Shown piece after piece: positions 18,396-27,147 of a stretch of DNA of 64,000 nt (positions within the stretch are counted from its first letter, which is position 1; the number at the start of each line of letters is the position of its first letter). Below the pieces are notes generated by a model. That model searched no databases and was not told the DNA's origin. It saw nothing but the letters and a program-made list of their open reading frames with translations. Position numbers and translations under genes: made by a program. Source of the stretch: Clostridiales bacterium (lineage in GTDB: Bacteria; Bacillota; Clostridia; Oscillospirales; Oscillospiraceae); the NCBI GenBank assembly GCA_004557735.1, contig SFFV01000010.1, positions 2,403-66,402 on the forward strand, written 5' to 3'.

Positions 18396-19415
18396 ATGAA
18401 CGTTCTCGTTACCGGCGGCGCCGGATACATCGGCAGCCACGCCTGCGTGGAGCTTTTGAACGCCGGACACTCGGTCGTTGTGGCGGACAATCTCGCCAAC
18501 GCCAACGCGGAGTGCCTGCGGCGCGTCGAGCGCATCACAGGAAAGACGCTCGAATTCCGCGAAATGGATCTTCTCGACCGCGCGGCCCTCAACGAGCTTT
18601 TCGACACGCACCGCTTTGACTGCGTGCTCCACTTTGCCGGGCTCAAGGCGGTGGGGGAGTCGGTGCAGCAGCCGCTGCGCTACTACAACAACAATCTCGG
18701 CACGACCATCCACCTCTGCCAGACGATGGCCGCGCACGGCGTGAAGAAGATCCTCTTCTCCTCGTCCGCAACGGTGTATTCGCCGGACAACGCCATGCCC
18801 GTGAAGGAGAGCGCCCGCACCGGCGGCTGCACGAACCCCTACGGCTGGACGAAATACATGAGCGAGCAGATCCTCACCGACACGGCGAAGGCCGATCCGG
18901 GCTGGACCGTCATGCTGCTGCGGTACTTCAACCCCGTCGGCGCGCATCCGAGCGGACTCATCGGCGAGGACCCGCGCGGCATCCCCAACAATCTGATGCC
19001 GTATATCTCCCAGACCGCCGCCGGACGGCGCGAGAAGCTGAGCGTTTTCGGCGGCGACTATCCCACGCCGGACGGCACGGGCGTGCGCGACTATCTGCAC
19101 GTCGTCGATCTCGCGCGCGGCCACGTCGCGGCGATGGACTATATGGCCGGTCATCCGGGCGTCCACGTATTCAATCTCGGCACCGGCCGCGGCTACAGCG
19201 TGCTTGACATGGTGCACGCCTTTGAGGCCGCAACGGGAAAGCGCGTCCCTTATGTGATTGCGCCGCGCCGCGCCGGAGACGTCGCCGAGGTGTACTGCGA
19301 CCCCGCCAAGGCCGAGCGGGAGCTCGGCTGGAAGGCGGAATACTCGCTGGAGGACATGTGCCGCGACAGCTGGAACTGGCAGAGCAAAAACCCGAACGGG
19401 TTTGCGGCAGACTGA
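18396..19415 (+). CDS. galE: UDP-glucose 4-epimerase
   Basis: ORF 18324..19415 trimmed to ATG 18396 (GGAGGAGG upstream). Has MNVLVTGGAGYIGSH, the YxxxK region (PYGWTKYM) and LRYFNPVGAH. Confidence 0.9.
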   Translation: MNVLVTGGAGYIGSHACVELLNAGHSVVVADNLANANAECLRRVERITGKTLEFREMDLLDRAALNELFDTHRFDCVLHFAGLKAVGESVQQPLRYYNNNLGTTIHLCQTMAAHGVKKILFSSSATVYSPDNAMPVKESARTGGCTNPYGWTKYMSEQILTDTAKADPGWTVMLLRYFNPVGAHPSGLIGEDPRGIPNNLMPYISQTAAGRREKLSVFGGDYPTPDGTGVRDYLHVVDLARGHVAAMDYMAGHPGVHVFNLGTGRGYSVLDMVHAFEAATGKRVPYVIAPRRAGDVAEVYCDPAKAERELGWKAEYSLEDMCRDSWNWQSKNPNGFAAD

Positions 19416-19461
19416 CGCCGCCGCTTAACGTCCCCTTGTACGAAGGGAAAGGAGATCACCC

Positions 19462-20643
19462 ATGGAATCCAAAGTGTTTGACTATATCGGGCGCGAGCAG
19501 GCGCGGCAGAACACGACCGTCGAGCTGATCGCGAGCGAAAACTTCGTAAGCGACGCGGTTTTGCGCGCCGTCGGCTCCTGCCTCACGAACAAGTATGCCG
19601 AGGGCTACCCCGCCGAGCGCGTTTCCGGAAACCGCGGCCGCTACTACGGCGGCTGCGAGATCGTGAACGACCTTGAGGAATACTGCTGCGCCATGTGGAA
19701 AAAGGTATTCCATACCGATTACCATGTGAACGTCCAGCCGCACAGCGGCGCGAACGCGAATCTCGCGGCGTATATGAGCGTATTGCAGCCGGGCGACACG
19801 ATCCTCGCCATGTCGCTCAATAACGGCGGCCACCTGACGCACGGCTCGTCCGTCAATTTCAGCGGAAAGCTCTTCGATATGAAATTCTACGACGTGGACG
19901 CGCAGGGCTTCATCGACTTTGCGGACGTGGAGCAAAAGGCCGCCGAATATAAGCCCCGTCTCATTCTCGCGGGCGCCTCGGCGTACAGCCGCGTCATCGA
20001 TTTTGCGCGCTTTGCCGAGATCGCGAAGCGCGTGGGCGCGTACTTCATGGTGGATATGGCGCACATCGCGGGGCTCGTCGCGGCGGGAGACCATCCGTCG
20101 CCGTTCGGCCTCGCCGACATCGTCACGACCACGACGCACAAAACGCTGCGCGGGCCGCGCGGCGGCATGATCTTTTGCAGGCCGGAGCTGGCGAAGAAGG
20201 TGGACAGCGCCGTATTCCCCGGCACGCAGGGCGGGCCGCTCGAGCATGTGATCGCGGGCAAGGCCGTCGCCGCCGAGGAAGCGTGTACGGAGGAATACCG
20301 CGAATACATCCACGCCGTCGTGCGAAACTGCCGCGCGATGTGCGGGGAGTTTCTCCGCATGGGGTACGACGTTGTGACCGGCGGCACGGACAACCACCTG
20401 TTCCTGCTCGATCTCACGAAAACGGGGCTGACCGGCAAGGCGGTGCAGGACGAGCTCGACCGCCACGGCATCACGCTCAACAAAAACTGCGTCCCGAACG
20501 AGACCCGCTCGCCCCAGCAGACCTCCGGCGTGCGCATCGGCACCGCCGCTATGACGACGAAGGGATATAAGGAAGCGGACTTCATCGCCGTCGCGCACCG
20601 GATCGACGCGGTGCTTCGCGAAATGCAGCAGAGCGAGACATAA
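19462..20643 (+). CDS. glyA: serine hydroxymethyltransferase
   Basis: 393 aa with ELIASENF, NKYAEGYP, HGSSVNFSG, and TTTTHKTLRGPRGG (PLP lysine motif). Confidence 0.95.
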   Translation: MESKVFDYIGREQARQNTTVELIASENFVSDAVLRAVGSCLTNKYAEGYPAERVSGNRGRYYGGCEIVNDLEEYCCAMWKKVFHTDYHVNVQPHSGANANLAAYMSVLQPGDTILAMSLNNGGHLTHGSSVNFSGKLFDMKFYDVDAQGFIDFADVEQKAAEYKPRLILAGASAYSRVIDFARFAEIAKRVGAYFMVDMAHIAGLVAAGDHPSPFGLADIVTTTTHKTLRGPRGGMIFCRPELAKKVDSAVFPGTQGGPLEHVIAGKAVAAEEACTEEYREYIHAVVRNCRAMCGEFLRMGYDVVTGGTDNHLFLLDLTKTGLTGKAVQDELDRHGITLNKNCVPNETRSPQQTSGVRIGTAAMTTKGYKEADFIAVAHRIDAVLREMQQSET

Positions 20644-20886
20644 TTTCCCCTCCGGCAAATTGCAAAAAAACAGTTGCGGCAGCGGCGGCGATATGGTACA
20701 TTAGTGATAATGTCCGGATCGCCGCCGCTCTCCACCTACGAGCGGCGCGCGAGCCGAAGAAAGGAGTTTGTTTTCCCGCAGGATCCGCGGTGCGGCAGTG
20801 TGGAGACCTGCCGTATAGCCTCCGTACATATTTCGGCGGAGGTAAGATCCGGGCAAGCGGAGGCTCCCGGGTCAGGATCGGTACGC

Positions 20887-22056
20887 ATGGCAGAAGTACG
20901 TCTGGTAGACATCAAGAAGATCTATCCGAATCAGGGCAGCACGAAGAAGAAAAAGGGCGACGTTCCCGAGAAGAAGCACAATCTGCAGATCACCGAAGAG
21001 GGTGTCGTTGCGGTGCAGCAGTTCTCGCTGGATATCGCCGACCGTGAATTTATCGTGCTCGTCGGCCCGTCCGGCTGCGGCAAGTCCACGACGCTGCGCA
21101 TGATCGCCGGTCTCGAGGAGATCACCTCGGGCGATCTTTTCATCGACGGCAAGCGCATGAACGACGTGGCCCCCAAGGACCGCGACATCGCCATGGTATT
21201 CCAGAACTACGCTCTTTACCCCCACATGACCGTTTACGAGAACATGGCGTTCTCGCTCAAGCTCAAGAAGCTCCCGAAGGCCGAGATCGACAAGAAGGTC
21301 CGCGAGGCCGCGGAGATCCTTGATATCACCGCCCTGCTCGACCGCAAGCCGAAGGCGCTCTCCGGCGGCCAGCGCCAGCGCGTCGCCATCGGCCGCGCCA
21401 TCGTGCGCAGCCCCAAGGTGTTCCTCATGGACGAGCCTCTCTCCAACCTCGACGCCAAACTCCGCAACCAGATGCGCGCCGAGATCATCAAGCTGCGCGA
21501 CAAGATCGATACCACGTTCATCTACGTCACCCACGACCAGACCGAGGCCATGACGCTTGGCGACCGCATCGTCATCATGCGCGACGGCTTCATTCAGCAG
21601 ATCGGCACGCCGCAGGAAGTGTTCGATAAGCCCGCCAACCTCTTCGTCGCCGGGTTCATCGGCACGCCGCAGATGAACTTCTTCGACGCCGAGCTCAAGC
21701 GCGACGGCGACAAGTACACCGTCGAGGTCTGCGGCGAGCAGGTGAAGCTCACCGAGGACAAGCAGGCCGCGCTCCTCCGCAACGGCGTTCCGGCCGGCCC
21801 CGTGACGCTCGGCATCCGCCCGGAGCACATCGTGCTCGCAAAGACCGGCGGCATCCCCGCGCGCGTGGACGTGTCCGAAATGATGGGCTCGAGCGTGCAT
21901 CTGCATCTCACCGCCGCCGGCCACGACGCCGTCGTCATCGTCCCGACGCTCGAGCTGGACGCCATCCCGTCCTACGGCCAGCAGGTCTCTCTCGGGCTGC
22001 ACGAGGACAGCATCCACCTCTTCGACCGCGAGAGCGAGAAGTCCCTGCTTCTCTGA
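20887..22056 (+). CDS. sugar-ABC-type ATP-binding protein (MalK/UgpC/MsmX-like) without adjacent permease or binding protein
   Basis: ORF 20674..22056 trimmed to ATG 20887 (MAEVRLVDIKKIY...). Has Walker [24 protein letters not shown] and Walker B FLMDEPLSNLD, plus a Lys-rich ~24-aa insertion before Walker A. Confidence 0.85.
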   Translation: MAEVRLVDIKKIYPNQGSTKKKKGDVPEKKHNLQITEEGVVAVQQFSLDIADREFIVLVGPSGCGKSTTLRMIAGLEEITSGDLFIDGKRMNDVAPKDRDIAMVFQNYALYPHMTVYENMAFSLKLKKLPKAEIDKKVREAAEILDITALLDRKPKALSGGQRQRVAIGRAIVRSPKVFLMDEPLSNLDAKLRNQMRAEIIKLRDKIDTTFIYVTHDQTEAMTLGDRIVIMRDGFIQQIGTPQEVFDKPANLFVAGFIGTPQMNFFDAELKRDGDKYTVEVCGEQVKLTEDKQAALLRNGVPAGPVTLGIRPEHIVLAKTGGIPARVDVSEMMGSSVHLHLTAAGHDAVVIVPTLELDAIPSYGQQVSLGLHEDSIHLFDRESEKSLLL

Positions 22057-22146
22057 TCGGCCTCTTACAAAAACCCCGACCCGCCGGGATATCCCGGCGG
22101 GTCTTGCAATGCAAAAAACTCTGTATGATTCTCGGAGGAACCTTTT

Positions 22147-23055
22147 ATGGAAAATCCCGCGCTTATCATCATGGCCGCCGGCATGGGCAGCCGCTTCGGC
22201 GGGCTCAAGCAGATCACGCCCGTGGGCAGCAACGGCGAGATCATCATGGATTTCTCGCTGTACGACGCGTATCAGGCGGGCTTCCGCAAGGTCGTGTTCG
22301 TCATCAAAAAGGAACGCGAGGCGGATTTCCGCGCCATTGTCGGCCGTCACGCGGAGAGCCGGATGGACGTGCGGTATGTGTTCCAGTCGCCGGACGACGT
22401 CCCGGCGTGGTTCACCGTTCCCGAAGGCCGCGAAAAACCGTGGGGCACGGCGCACGCCGTGCGCGCCTGCCGGAGCGTGATCGACGGCCCCTTCGCCGTC
22501 ATCAACGCCGACGATTTTTACGGGGCGGGGGCGTTCCGCGCGCTCTACGCTTTTCTCGCCGAGCCTATGGCGGAGAGCGAAAACGCCATGGTCGGCTACC
22601 GTATACGCAATACCGTTACCGAAAACGGCTATGTTGCGCGCGGCGTCTGCGAAACGGAAAACGGCTTTCTCACCTCGATCACCGAGCGGACGCACATCGA
22701 AAAGCGCGGCGACCACGCCGCCTACACGACCGACGGCGAGAATTATACCGATCTCCCCGGCGACACGCTCGTATCCATGAATTTCTGGGGCTTCCGGAAG
22801 CGGATGATGCGCGCGTTCGACGAGAGATTCGATGAATTTCTCCGCGAGATCCTGCCGAAAAACCCGCTCAAGGCCGAGTATTTTCTGCCGTGGGTCGCCG
22901 ACAGGGAGATGCACGCGGGTCTTGCGCGCGTGCAGGTCCTGCCGTGCGAGGAGACGTGGTACGGCGTAACGTACCGCGAGGATCTCCCGCGCGTCCAGGC
23001 CGCCGTCGCGGACATGAAGGCGAAGGGCATCTACCCGGAGCGGCTGTGGGAATAA
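22147..23055 (+). CDS. sugar-phosphate nucleotidyltransferase family protein
   Basis: 302 aa with N-terminal IIMAAGMGSRFGG.KQ nucleotide-binding signature and INADDFYG. Confidence 0.65.
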   Translation: MENPALIIMAAGMGSRFGGLKQITPVGSNGEIIMDFSLYDAYQAGFRKVVFVIKKEREADFRAIVGRHAESRMDVRYVFQSPDDVPAWFTVPEGREKPWGTAHAVRACRSVIDGPFAVINADDFYGAGAFRALYAFLAEPMAESENAMVGYRIRNTVTENGYVARGVCETENGFLTSITERTHIEKRGDHAAYTTDGENYTDLPGDTLVSMNFWGFRKRMMRAFDERFDEFLREILPKNPLKAEYFLPWVADREMHAGLARVQVLPCEETWYGVTYREDLPRVQAAVADMKAKGIYPERLWE

Positions 23056-23073
23056 ACCGAAATACCGCAAAAA

Positions 23074-23113
23074 AAGGAACGGCGCAGAGACCATCTGCGG
23101 CCGTTCCTTTTTT
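23074..23113 (+). terminator. rho-independent terminator (A run before, T run after, so possibly bidirectional)
   Basis: Stem AAGGAACGGCGCAGA / TCTGCGGCCGTTCCTT (one bulge) followed by TTTTT. Confidence 0.7.
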
Positions 23114-23174
23114 GCGGCTGCCTTATTTCTTTTTCCCAAAAAGAGCGGATCTCTTCCGCCCGCAGGCCATGCCG

Positions 23175-23378
23175 TCAATCGTGCGTACGGTTTTCACCGG
23201 GACGATCTCCTCCTCCGCGGCAGGCGCCGCCCATCGGACAATGCCCGCAGTTTCCGCCGCAGGAGGACTTTCCCTGTTTTCTGTCCCGGACGAGCGAGCG
23301 CACGATGCACACGACGATCACCGCCAGCAAAAGCGCAATGACGATCGTCCCGATATTTTCCGTGATCCAGCCGGACAT
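23175..23378 (-). CDS. FeoB-associated Cys-rich small membrane protein
   Basis: ORF 23175..23510 trimmed to ATG 23376-23378 (AAAGGAGG upstream). 67 aa with one TM helix and then SSCGGNCGHCPMGGAC. Lies directly downstream of feoB. Confidence 0.75.
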   Translation of the reverse strand: MSGWITENIGTIVIALLLAVIVVCIVRSLVRDRKQGKSSCGGNCGHCPMGGACRGGGDRPGENRTHD

Positions 23379-23412
23379 ATTTCCTGCCTCCTTTGAGAGA
23401 ATCGGTTGGGTT

Positions 23413-25818
23413 TTACTTTGCCGCCCGGCCGCTGAGACGGGTGGCCTCGGTGTACTTCCTGAAGAAGAGCATATAGACGATGAACGCGAGCACGAGCAGC
23501 GCGGCCGCAAGGCCGATGGCGTTGACGTGGCCGGCGAGGGCTCCGCCGAACTGGTTGACCATCAGAGCGATGGCATACGCGAACATGCACTGATAGCCGA
23601 TGGCGAACCATGTCCAGCGGGCGTTGTTCATCTCGCGCCGGATGGCGCCGATGGCCGCGAAGCAGGGCGCGCACAGCAGGTTGAACACGAGGAACGAGTA
23701 GCCGGTGACGGGGGTGAACGCCGCGCCGATGGCCTGCCACGCGGTCAGCTCGCCGCCGCCGTAGAGCACGCCGAGCGTACCGACGATGTTCTCCTTGGCG
23801 ACAAGGCCGGTGATGGACGCGACCGTCGCCTGCCAGTTGCCCCAGCCGAGAGGCGCAAAGATCCAGCAGATCGCGCCGCCGGCGGCCGCGAGAATGGAAG
23901 CGTCGATCTGATCCTCGGACAGCATCTGGAACTGACCGTCGAGCCAGCCGAAGCGGGACGTGAACCACACAAGGATGGTGGAGAGCAGGATGATCGTGCC
24001 GGCCTTCTTGATGAAGCTCCAGCCGCGCTCCCACATGCTGCGCAGAACGTTGCCGGGCGTCGGCCAGTGGTACGCCGGAAGCTCCATGACGAACGGAGCC
24101 GGCTCGCCGGCGAACCTTCTGGTTTTCTTGAGCATGATGCCGGAAATGACGATGGCGGCCATGCCGATGAAGTACGCGGAGGTGGCGACCCACGCGCTGC
24201 CGCCGAAGATCGCCCCGGCGATCATGGAGATGAACGGCACCTTTGCGCCGCAGGGGATGAACGTGGTGGTCATGATGGTCATGCGGCGGTCGCGCTCGTT
24301 TTCAATGGTACGCGACGCCATGACGCCCGGCACGCCGCAGCCGACGCCGATGAGCATCGGGATGAAGCTCTTGCCGGAGAGACCGAACTTGCGGAACACA
24401 CGGTCGAGAACGAACGCGATACGCGCCATGTAGCCGCACCCCTCCAGGAACGCGAGGAGCAGGAACAGCACGAGCATCTGCGGCACAAAGCCGAGCACCG
24501 CGCCCACACCGGCGACGATACCGTCAAGGATCAGTCCGGAGAGCCACGGCGCGGCGTTCGCCGCTTCGAGAGCACTGCCGATCAGCGCGGGGATGCCGGG
24601 CACCCACACGCCGTAATCCGCCGGGTCGGGCTCGCCGCCGGTCTCTTCCATCGCGGCGAGCGCCGCTTCGTAATCGGCGACCGTCGCGGTCTCCTCGGTG
24701 ATCTCCAGCGTTTCCCCGTCCTCGACGGCGTAGGTGAAGTCGTCCGCGGGGGCTTCGCCGTGTTCTTCCACATAGGCGTTGTAGCCGTCCACGACGGCGG
24801 CGGCGTCGCTGTACGCGCCGGCGGCTTCTTCATACTGCGCGGCGCCGATGCCGAACAGGTGCCAGCCGTCGCCGAACAGCCCGTCGTTGGCCCAGTCGGT
24901 CGCGGGCGCGCCGACGGCGACCATGGCGATCCAGTACACAAGGAACATGGCGGCCGCGAAGATCGGCAGGCCGAGCCAGCGGTTCGTAACGATCCTGTCG
25001 ATCTTGTCGGACGCGGTGAGCGCCCCGGCGTTCTTTTTCCTGTAGCAGGCCTTGATGACCCCGGCGATGTAAACGTAGCGCTCGTTGGTGATGATGCTCT
25101 CGGCGTCGTCGTCCAGCTCCTTCTCGGCGGCTTCGATATCCTTCTCGATGTGCGCCTTGACGTCCTCGGGGATATTCAGGGATTCAAGAACCTTATCGTC
25201 GCGCTCGAACACCTTGACGGCGTACCAGCGCTGCTGCTCCTCGGGCATGGCGTGCACGGCAGCCTCTTCGATGTGGGCGATCGCGTGCTCGACCGGGCCG
25301 GAGAACTTGTGCATCGGGATGGTCCTGCCGCCCTTCGCCGCGGTAACGGCGGCCTCGGCGGCTTCCCTGACGCCGTCGCCCTTGAGCGCAGAGATCTCCA
25401 CGACCGGGCAGCCGAGCTGACGGGACAGCTCTTCGACGTTGATCCTGTCGCCGTTTTTGCGCACGACGTCCATCATGTTCACCGCGATGACGACCGGAAT
25501 GCCCAGCTCCGTGAGCTGCGTGGTGAGGTACAGGTTGCGCTCGAGGTTCGTGCCGTCGATGATGTTCAAAATGGCGTCGGGGCGCGTGCCGATGAGGTAA
25601 TTTCTCGCCACGACCTCCTCGAGCGTGTAGGGGGACAGAGAATAGATGCCCGGAAGGTCGGTGATGATGACGCCGTCATGACCTTTGAGCCTGCCTTCCT
25701 TTTTCTCGACCGTGACGCCCGGCCAGTTGCCGACGAACTGGTTGGAGCCGGTCAGCGCGTTGAACAGCGTCGTCTTGCCGCTGTTCGGGTTGCCCGCAAG
25801 GGCGATGCGCACATCCAT
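23413..25818 (-). CDS. feoB: ferrous iron transporter FeoB
   Basis: 801 aa with N-terminal G domain (GNPNSGKTTLFNALTG, DLPGIYSL) and a polytopic C-terminal permease. Confidence 0.95.
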   Translation of the reverse strand: MDVRIALAGNPNSGKTTLFNALTGSNQFVGNWPGVTVEKKEGRLKGHDGVIITDLPGIYSLSPYTLEEVVARNYLIGTRPDAILNIIDGTNLERNLYLTTQLTELGIPVVIAVNMMDVVRKNGDRINVEELSRQLGCPVVEISALKGDGVREAAEAAVTAAKGGRTIPMHKFSGPVEHAIAHIEEAAVHAMPEEQQRWYAVKVFERDDKVLESLNIPEDVKAHIEKDIEAAEKELDDDAESIITNERYVYIAGVIKACYRKKNAGALTASDKIDRIVTNRWLGLPIFAAAMFLVYWIAMVAVGAPATDWANDGLFGDGWHLFGIGAAQYEEAAGAYSDAAAVVDGYNAYVEEHGEAPADDFTYAVEDGETLEITEETATVADYEAALAAMEETGGEPDPADYGVWVPGIPALIGSALEAANAAPWLSGLILDGIVAGVGAVLGFVPQMLVLFLLLAFLEGCGYMARIAFVLDRVFRKFGLSGKSFIPMLIGVGCGVPGVMASRTIENERDRRMTIMTTTFIPCGAKVPFISMIAGAIFGGSAWVATSAYFIGMAAIVISGIMLKKTRRFAGEPAPFVMELPAYHWPTPGNVLRSMWERGWSFIKKAGTIILLSTILVWFTSRFGWLDGQFQMLSEDQIDASILAAAGGAICWIFAPLGWGNWQATVASITGLVAKENIVGTLGVLYGGGELTAWQAIGAAFTPVTGYSFLVFNLLCAPCFAAIGAIRREMNNARWTWFAIGYQCMFAYAIALMVNQFGGALAGHVNAIGLAAALLVLAFIVYMLFFRKYTEATRLSGRAAK

Positions 25819-25851
25819 GATTTTCGCTTCCTTTCTGCTCTCACAGCTTTG

Positions 25852-25867
25852 ATTAGCTCTCGCTAAC
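25852..25867. promoter_or_regulatory. palindromic operator-like site (copy A) in the feoA-feoB spacer
   Basis: ATTAGCTCTCGCTAAC, motif GTTAGC-N4-GCTAAC with one outer mismatch. Confidence 0.55.
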
Positions 25868-25905
25868 TGATGGTTTGAAAAAATACGGGGACTTCCCCGG
25901 CGCGG

Positions 25906-26127
25906 TCATTCGACCTCGATCATCCCGGCGTCCGCTTTACGGAGCGAAAGCTCATAGCTGCGGACCGTGACTTCGATGGGATCGCCGAGCGGCGCGACCT
26001 TGCGGACGTATACCTGCGTCCCTCTCGTGATGCCCATGTCCATGATGCGGCGCTTCACCGCGCCCTCGCCGTGGAGCTTAACGACCCTGACCGTTGAGCC
26101 GACCGGCACTTCGCGCAGAGTTTTCAT
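25906..26127 (-). CDS. feoA: FeoA-family protein
   Basis: 73 aa, SH3-like FeoA pattern (L.E...G....V..L.G.....RR.MDMGI..G..V). Confidence 0.85.
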   Translation of the reverse strand: MKTLREVPVGSTVRVVKLHGEGAVKRRIMDMGITRGTQVYVRKVAPLGDPIEVTVRSYELSLRKADAGMIEVE

Positions 26128-26157
26128 GCCTTTGCCTCCTTATATCTCTTATTTTTG

Positions 26158-26370
26158 TTAAACCATGATCCTGCGCGCCAGCTCGTCGCTGACCGCGACG
26201 CGGGACTCCTTGACCTTTACGATCACGTTTCCGCCGAGCGCGTTTACGATGCTCACCTCGCCACCGACCGTAAAGCCGAGATCTTCCAGATGACGCTTCG
26301 TCTCCGGGCTGCCGCCAATGCGCCTGACGATCTGCGTCTCGCCGATGTTCGCCAGAACCAGAGGCATCAT
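26158..26370 (-). CDS. feoA: FeoA-family protein (second paralogue)
   Basis: 70 aa with ...LEDLGFTVGGEVSIV... FeoA pattern. RBS AAGGAGGG upstream. Confidence 0.85.
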   Translation of the reverse strand: MMPLVLANIGETQIVRRIGGSPETKRHLEDLGFTVGGEVSIVNALGGNVIVKVKESRVAVSDELARRIMV

Positions 26371-26388
26371 ATCCGTCCCTCCTTAACT

Positions 26389-26404
26389 GTTAGCTTCCGC
26401 TAAC
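26389..26404. promoter_or_regulatory. palindromic operator-like site (copy B) in the feo leader
   Basis: GTTAGCTTCCGCTAAC, a perfect GTTAGC-N4-GCTAAC palindrome. Confidence 0.6.
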
Positions 26405-26423
26405 TGCTGGTCAAAAATATATC

Positions 26424-26439
26424 GTTAGCTCTCGCTAAC
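26424..26439. promoter_or_regulatory. palindromic operator-like site (copy C) just downstream of the predicted feo -10
   Basis: GTTAGCTCTCGCTAAC, a perfect palindrome arms match. Confidence 0.6.
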
Positions 26440-26448
26440 TGCGGTTAT

Positions 26449-26477
26449 ATAATAGTTACCCGGCGCTAACTTGTCAA
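26449..26477 (-). promoter_or_regulatory. sigma-A type promoter of the feoA-feoA-feoB operon
   Basis: The minus strand reads TTGACA (26477-26472), 17-nt spacer, TATTAT (26454-26449). Confidence 0.6.
26455..26470. promoter_or_regulatory. palindromic operator-like site (copy D) filling the feo promoter spacer
   Basis: GTTACCCGGCGCTAAC, one mismatch in the left arm. Confidence 0.5.
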
Positions 26478-26524
26478 GAGGAAATTGTGAATAATCTGCC
26501 GAATTGTGAATTTGCTGCAAAACC

Positions 26525-26563
26525 TTGCGTATTTCGTCCGTTCATGGTATGCTTATGCTAACT
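26525..26563 (+). promoter_or_regulatory. promoter of the DtxR-family regulator with an overlapping degenerate operator
   Basis: TTGCGT (26525-26530), 17-nt spacer, TATGCT (26548-26553) preceded by TGG. Positions 26546-26563 match the GTTAGCTCTCGCTAACTG motif at 12 of 18 positions. Confidence 0.4.
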
Positions 26564-26581
26564 CAAAAAGGAGACAATGCC

Positions 26582-26971
26582 ATGACCTTGCAGGAATCCG
26601 GGGAAATGTACCTTGAAACGATATACCGCCTTTCGCACTCTCTGCCGGTCGTGCGCTCGATCGACGTGAGCGAATACATCGGCTACTCGAAGCCCTCGGT
26701 CAGCCGGGCGATCGGCATATTGAAGAAGCAGGAATACGTCACGGTGGACAAGCTCGGCGCGATCACGCTCACGGACAAGGGCCGGGAGCGCGCGCAGCAC
26801 ATCTATGAGCGCCACACCTGCCTGACGGCGTTGTTCCGGATGCTCGGCGTGAGCGAGGAGACCGCCGCCGCGGACGCCTGCCGCGTGGAGCACTACATCA
26901 GCGACGAGACGTTCCAGGCTCTCAAGCGCCATCTCGCGCAGCACGCGGAGCCGGGCGCCGCGCGGAAGTAA
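26582..26971 (+). CDS. DtxR/MntR-family metal-dependent transcriptional regulator
   Basis: ORF 26525..26971 trimmed to ATG 26582 (AAAAGGAGA upstream). Has SGEMYLETIYRL and the winged-helix ...VSEYIGYSKPSVSRAIGILKKQEYV.... Divergent from feo. Confidence 0.8.
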   Translation: MTLQESGEMYLETIYRLSHSLPVVRSIDVSEYIGYSKPSVSRAIGILKKQEYVTVDKLGAITLTDKGRERAQHIYERHTCLTALFRMLGVSEETAAADACRVEHYISDETFQALKRHLAQHAEPGAARK

Positions 26972-26991
26972 ATATAAAAATAACAGCAAAA

Positions 26992-27024
26992 GGCTCTCCC
27001 CGCCGTGTCCCGGCGGGGAGAGCC
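26992..27024 (+). terminator. GC-rich hairpin after the regulator gene (no T tract)
   Basis: 14-bp stem GGCTCTCCCCGCCG / CGGCGGGGAGAGCC. Confidence 0.45.
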
Positions 27025-27061
27025 GCTCCTTGGGCAGGGGCTTTCTCCGCCCGGTTTTCAT

Positions 27062-27117
27062 TTTACGCGGATTTTACACAATCGGGGTTTTCCTCTTTAC
27101 ATTCCATATAGTATGAT
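27062..27117 (+). promoter_or_regulatory. Pho-box-like direct repeats plus -10 element upstream of the phoP-like gene
   Basis: TTTACG 27062, TTTACA 27073, TTTACA 27096 (offsets 0, +11, +34), then TATGAT 27112-27117. No -35 hexamer. Confidence 0.5.
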
Positions 27118-27147
27118 ATGCTCGATAAAATGAGAGGGGGCGTCCTT

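Noticed and set aside
14291-18646. 1451-aa minus-strand ORF antisense to the RND pump
   Set aside because: Same mirror-frame artefact, with its phase identical to the RND gene. No recognisable domains and no RBS.
20674-20886. 71-aa N-terminal extension of the sugar-ABC ATPase
   Set aside because: The extension has no similarity to ABC ATPase N-termini. MAEVRL... at 20887 matches the family start, and the region folds into hairpins more consistent with a leader RNA.
25852-26470. The repeated 16-18-nt GTTAGC...GCTAAC units as a mini CRISPR array
   Set aside because: The units are palindromic, irregularly spaced (35, 31 and 537 bp apart), overlap promoter elements, and have no cas genes nearby. 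They fit transcription-factor operators much better.
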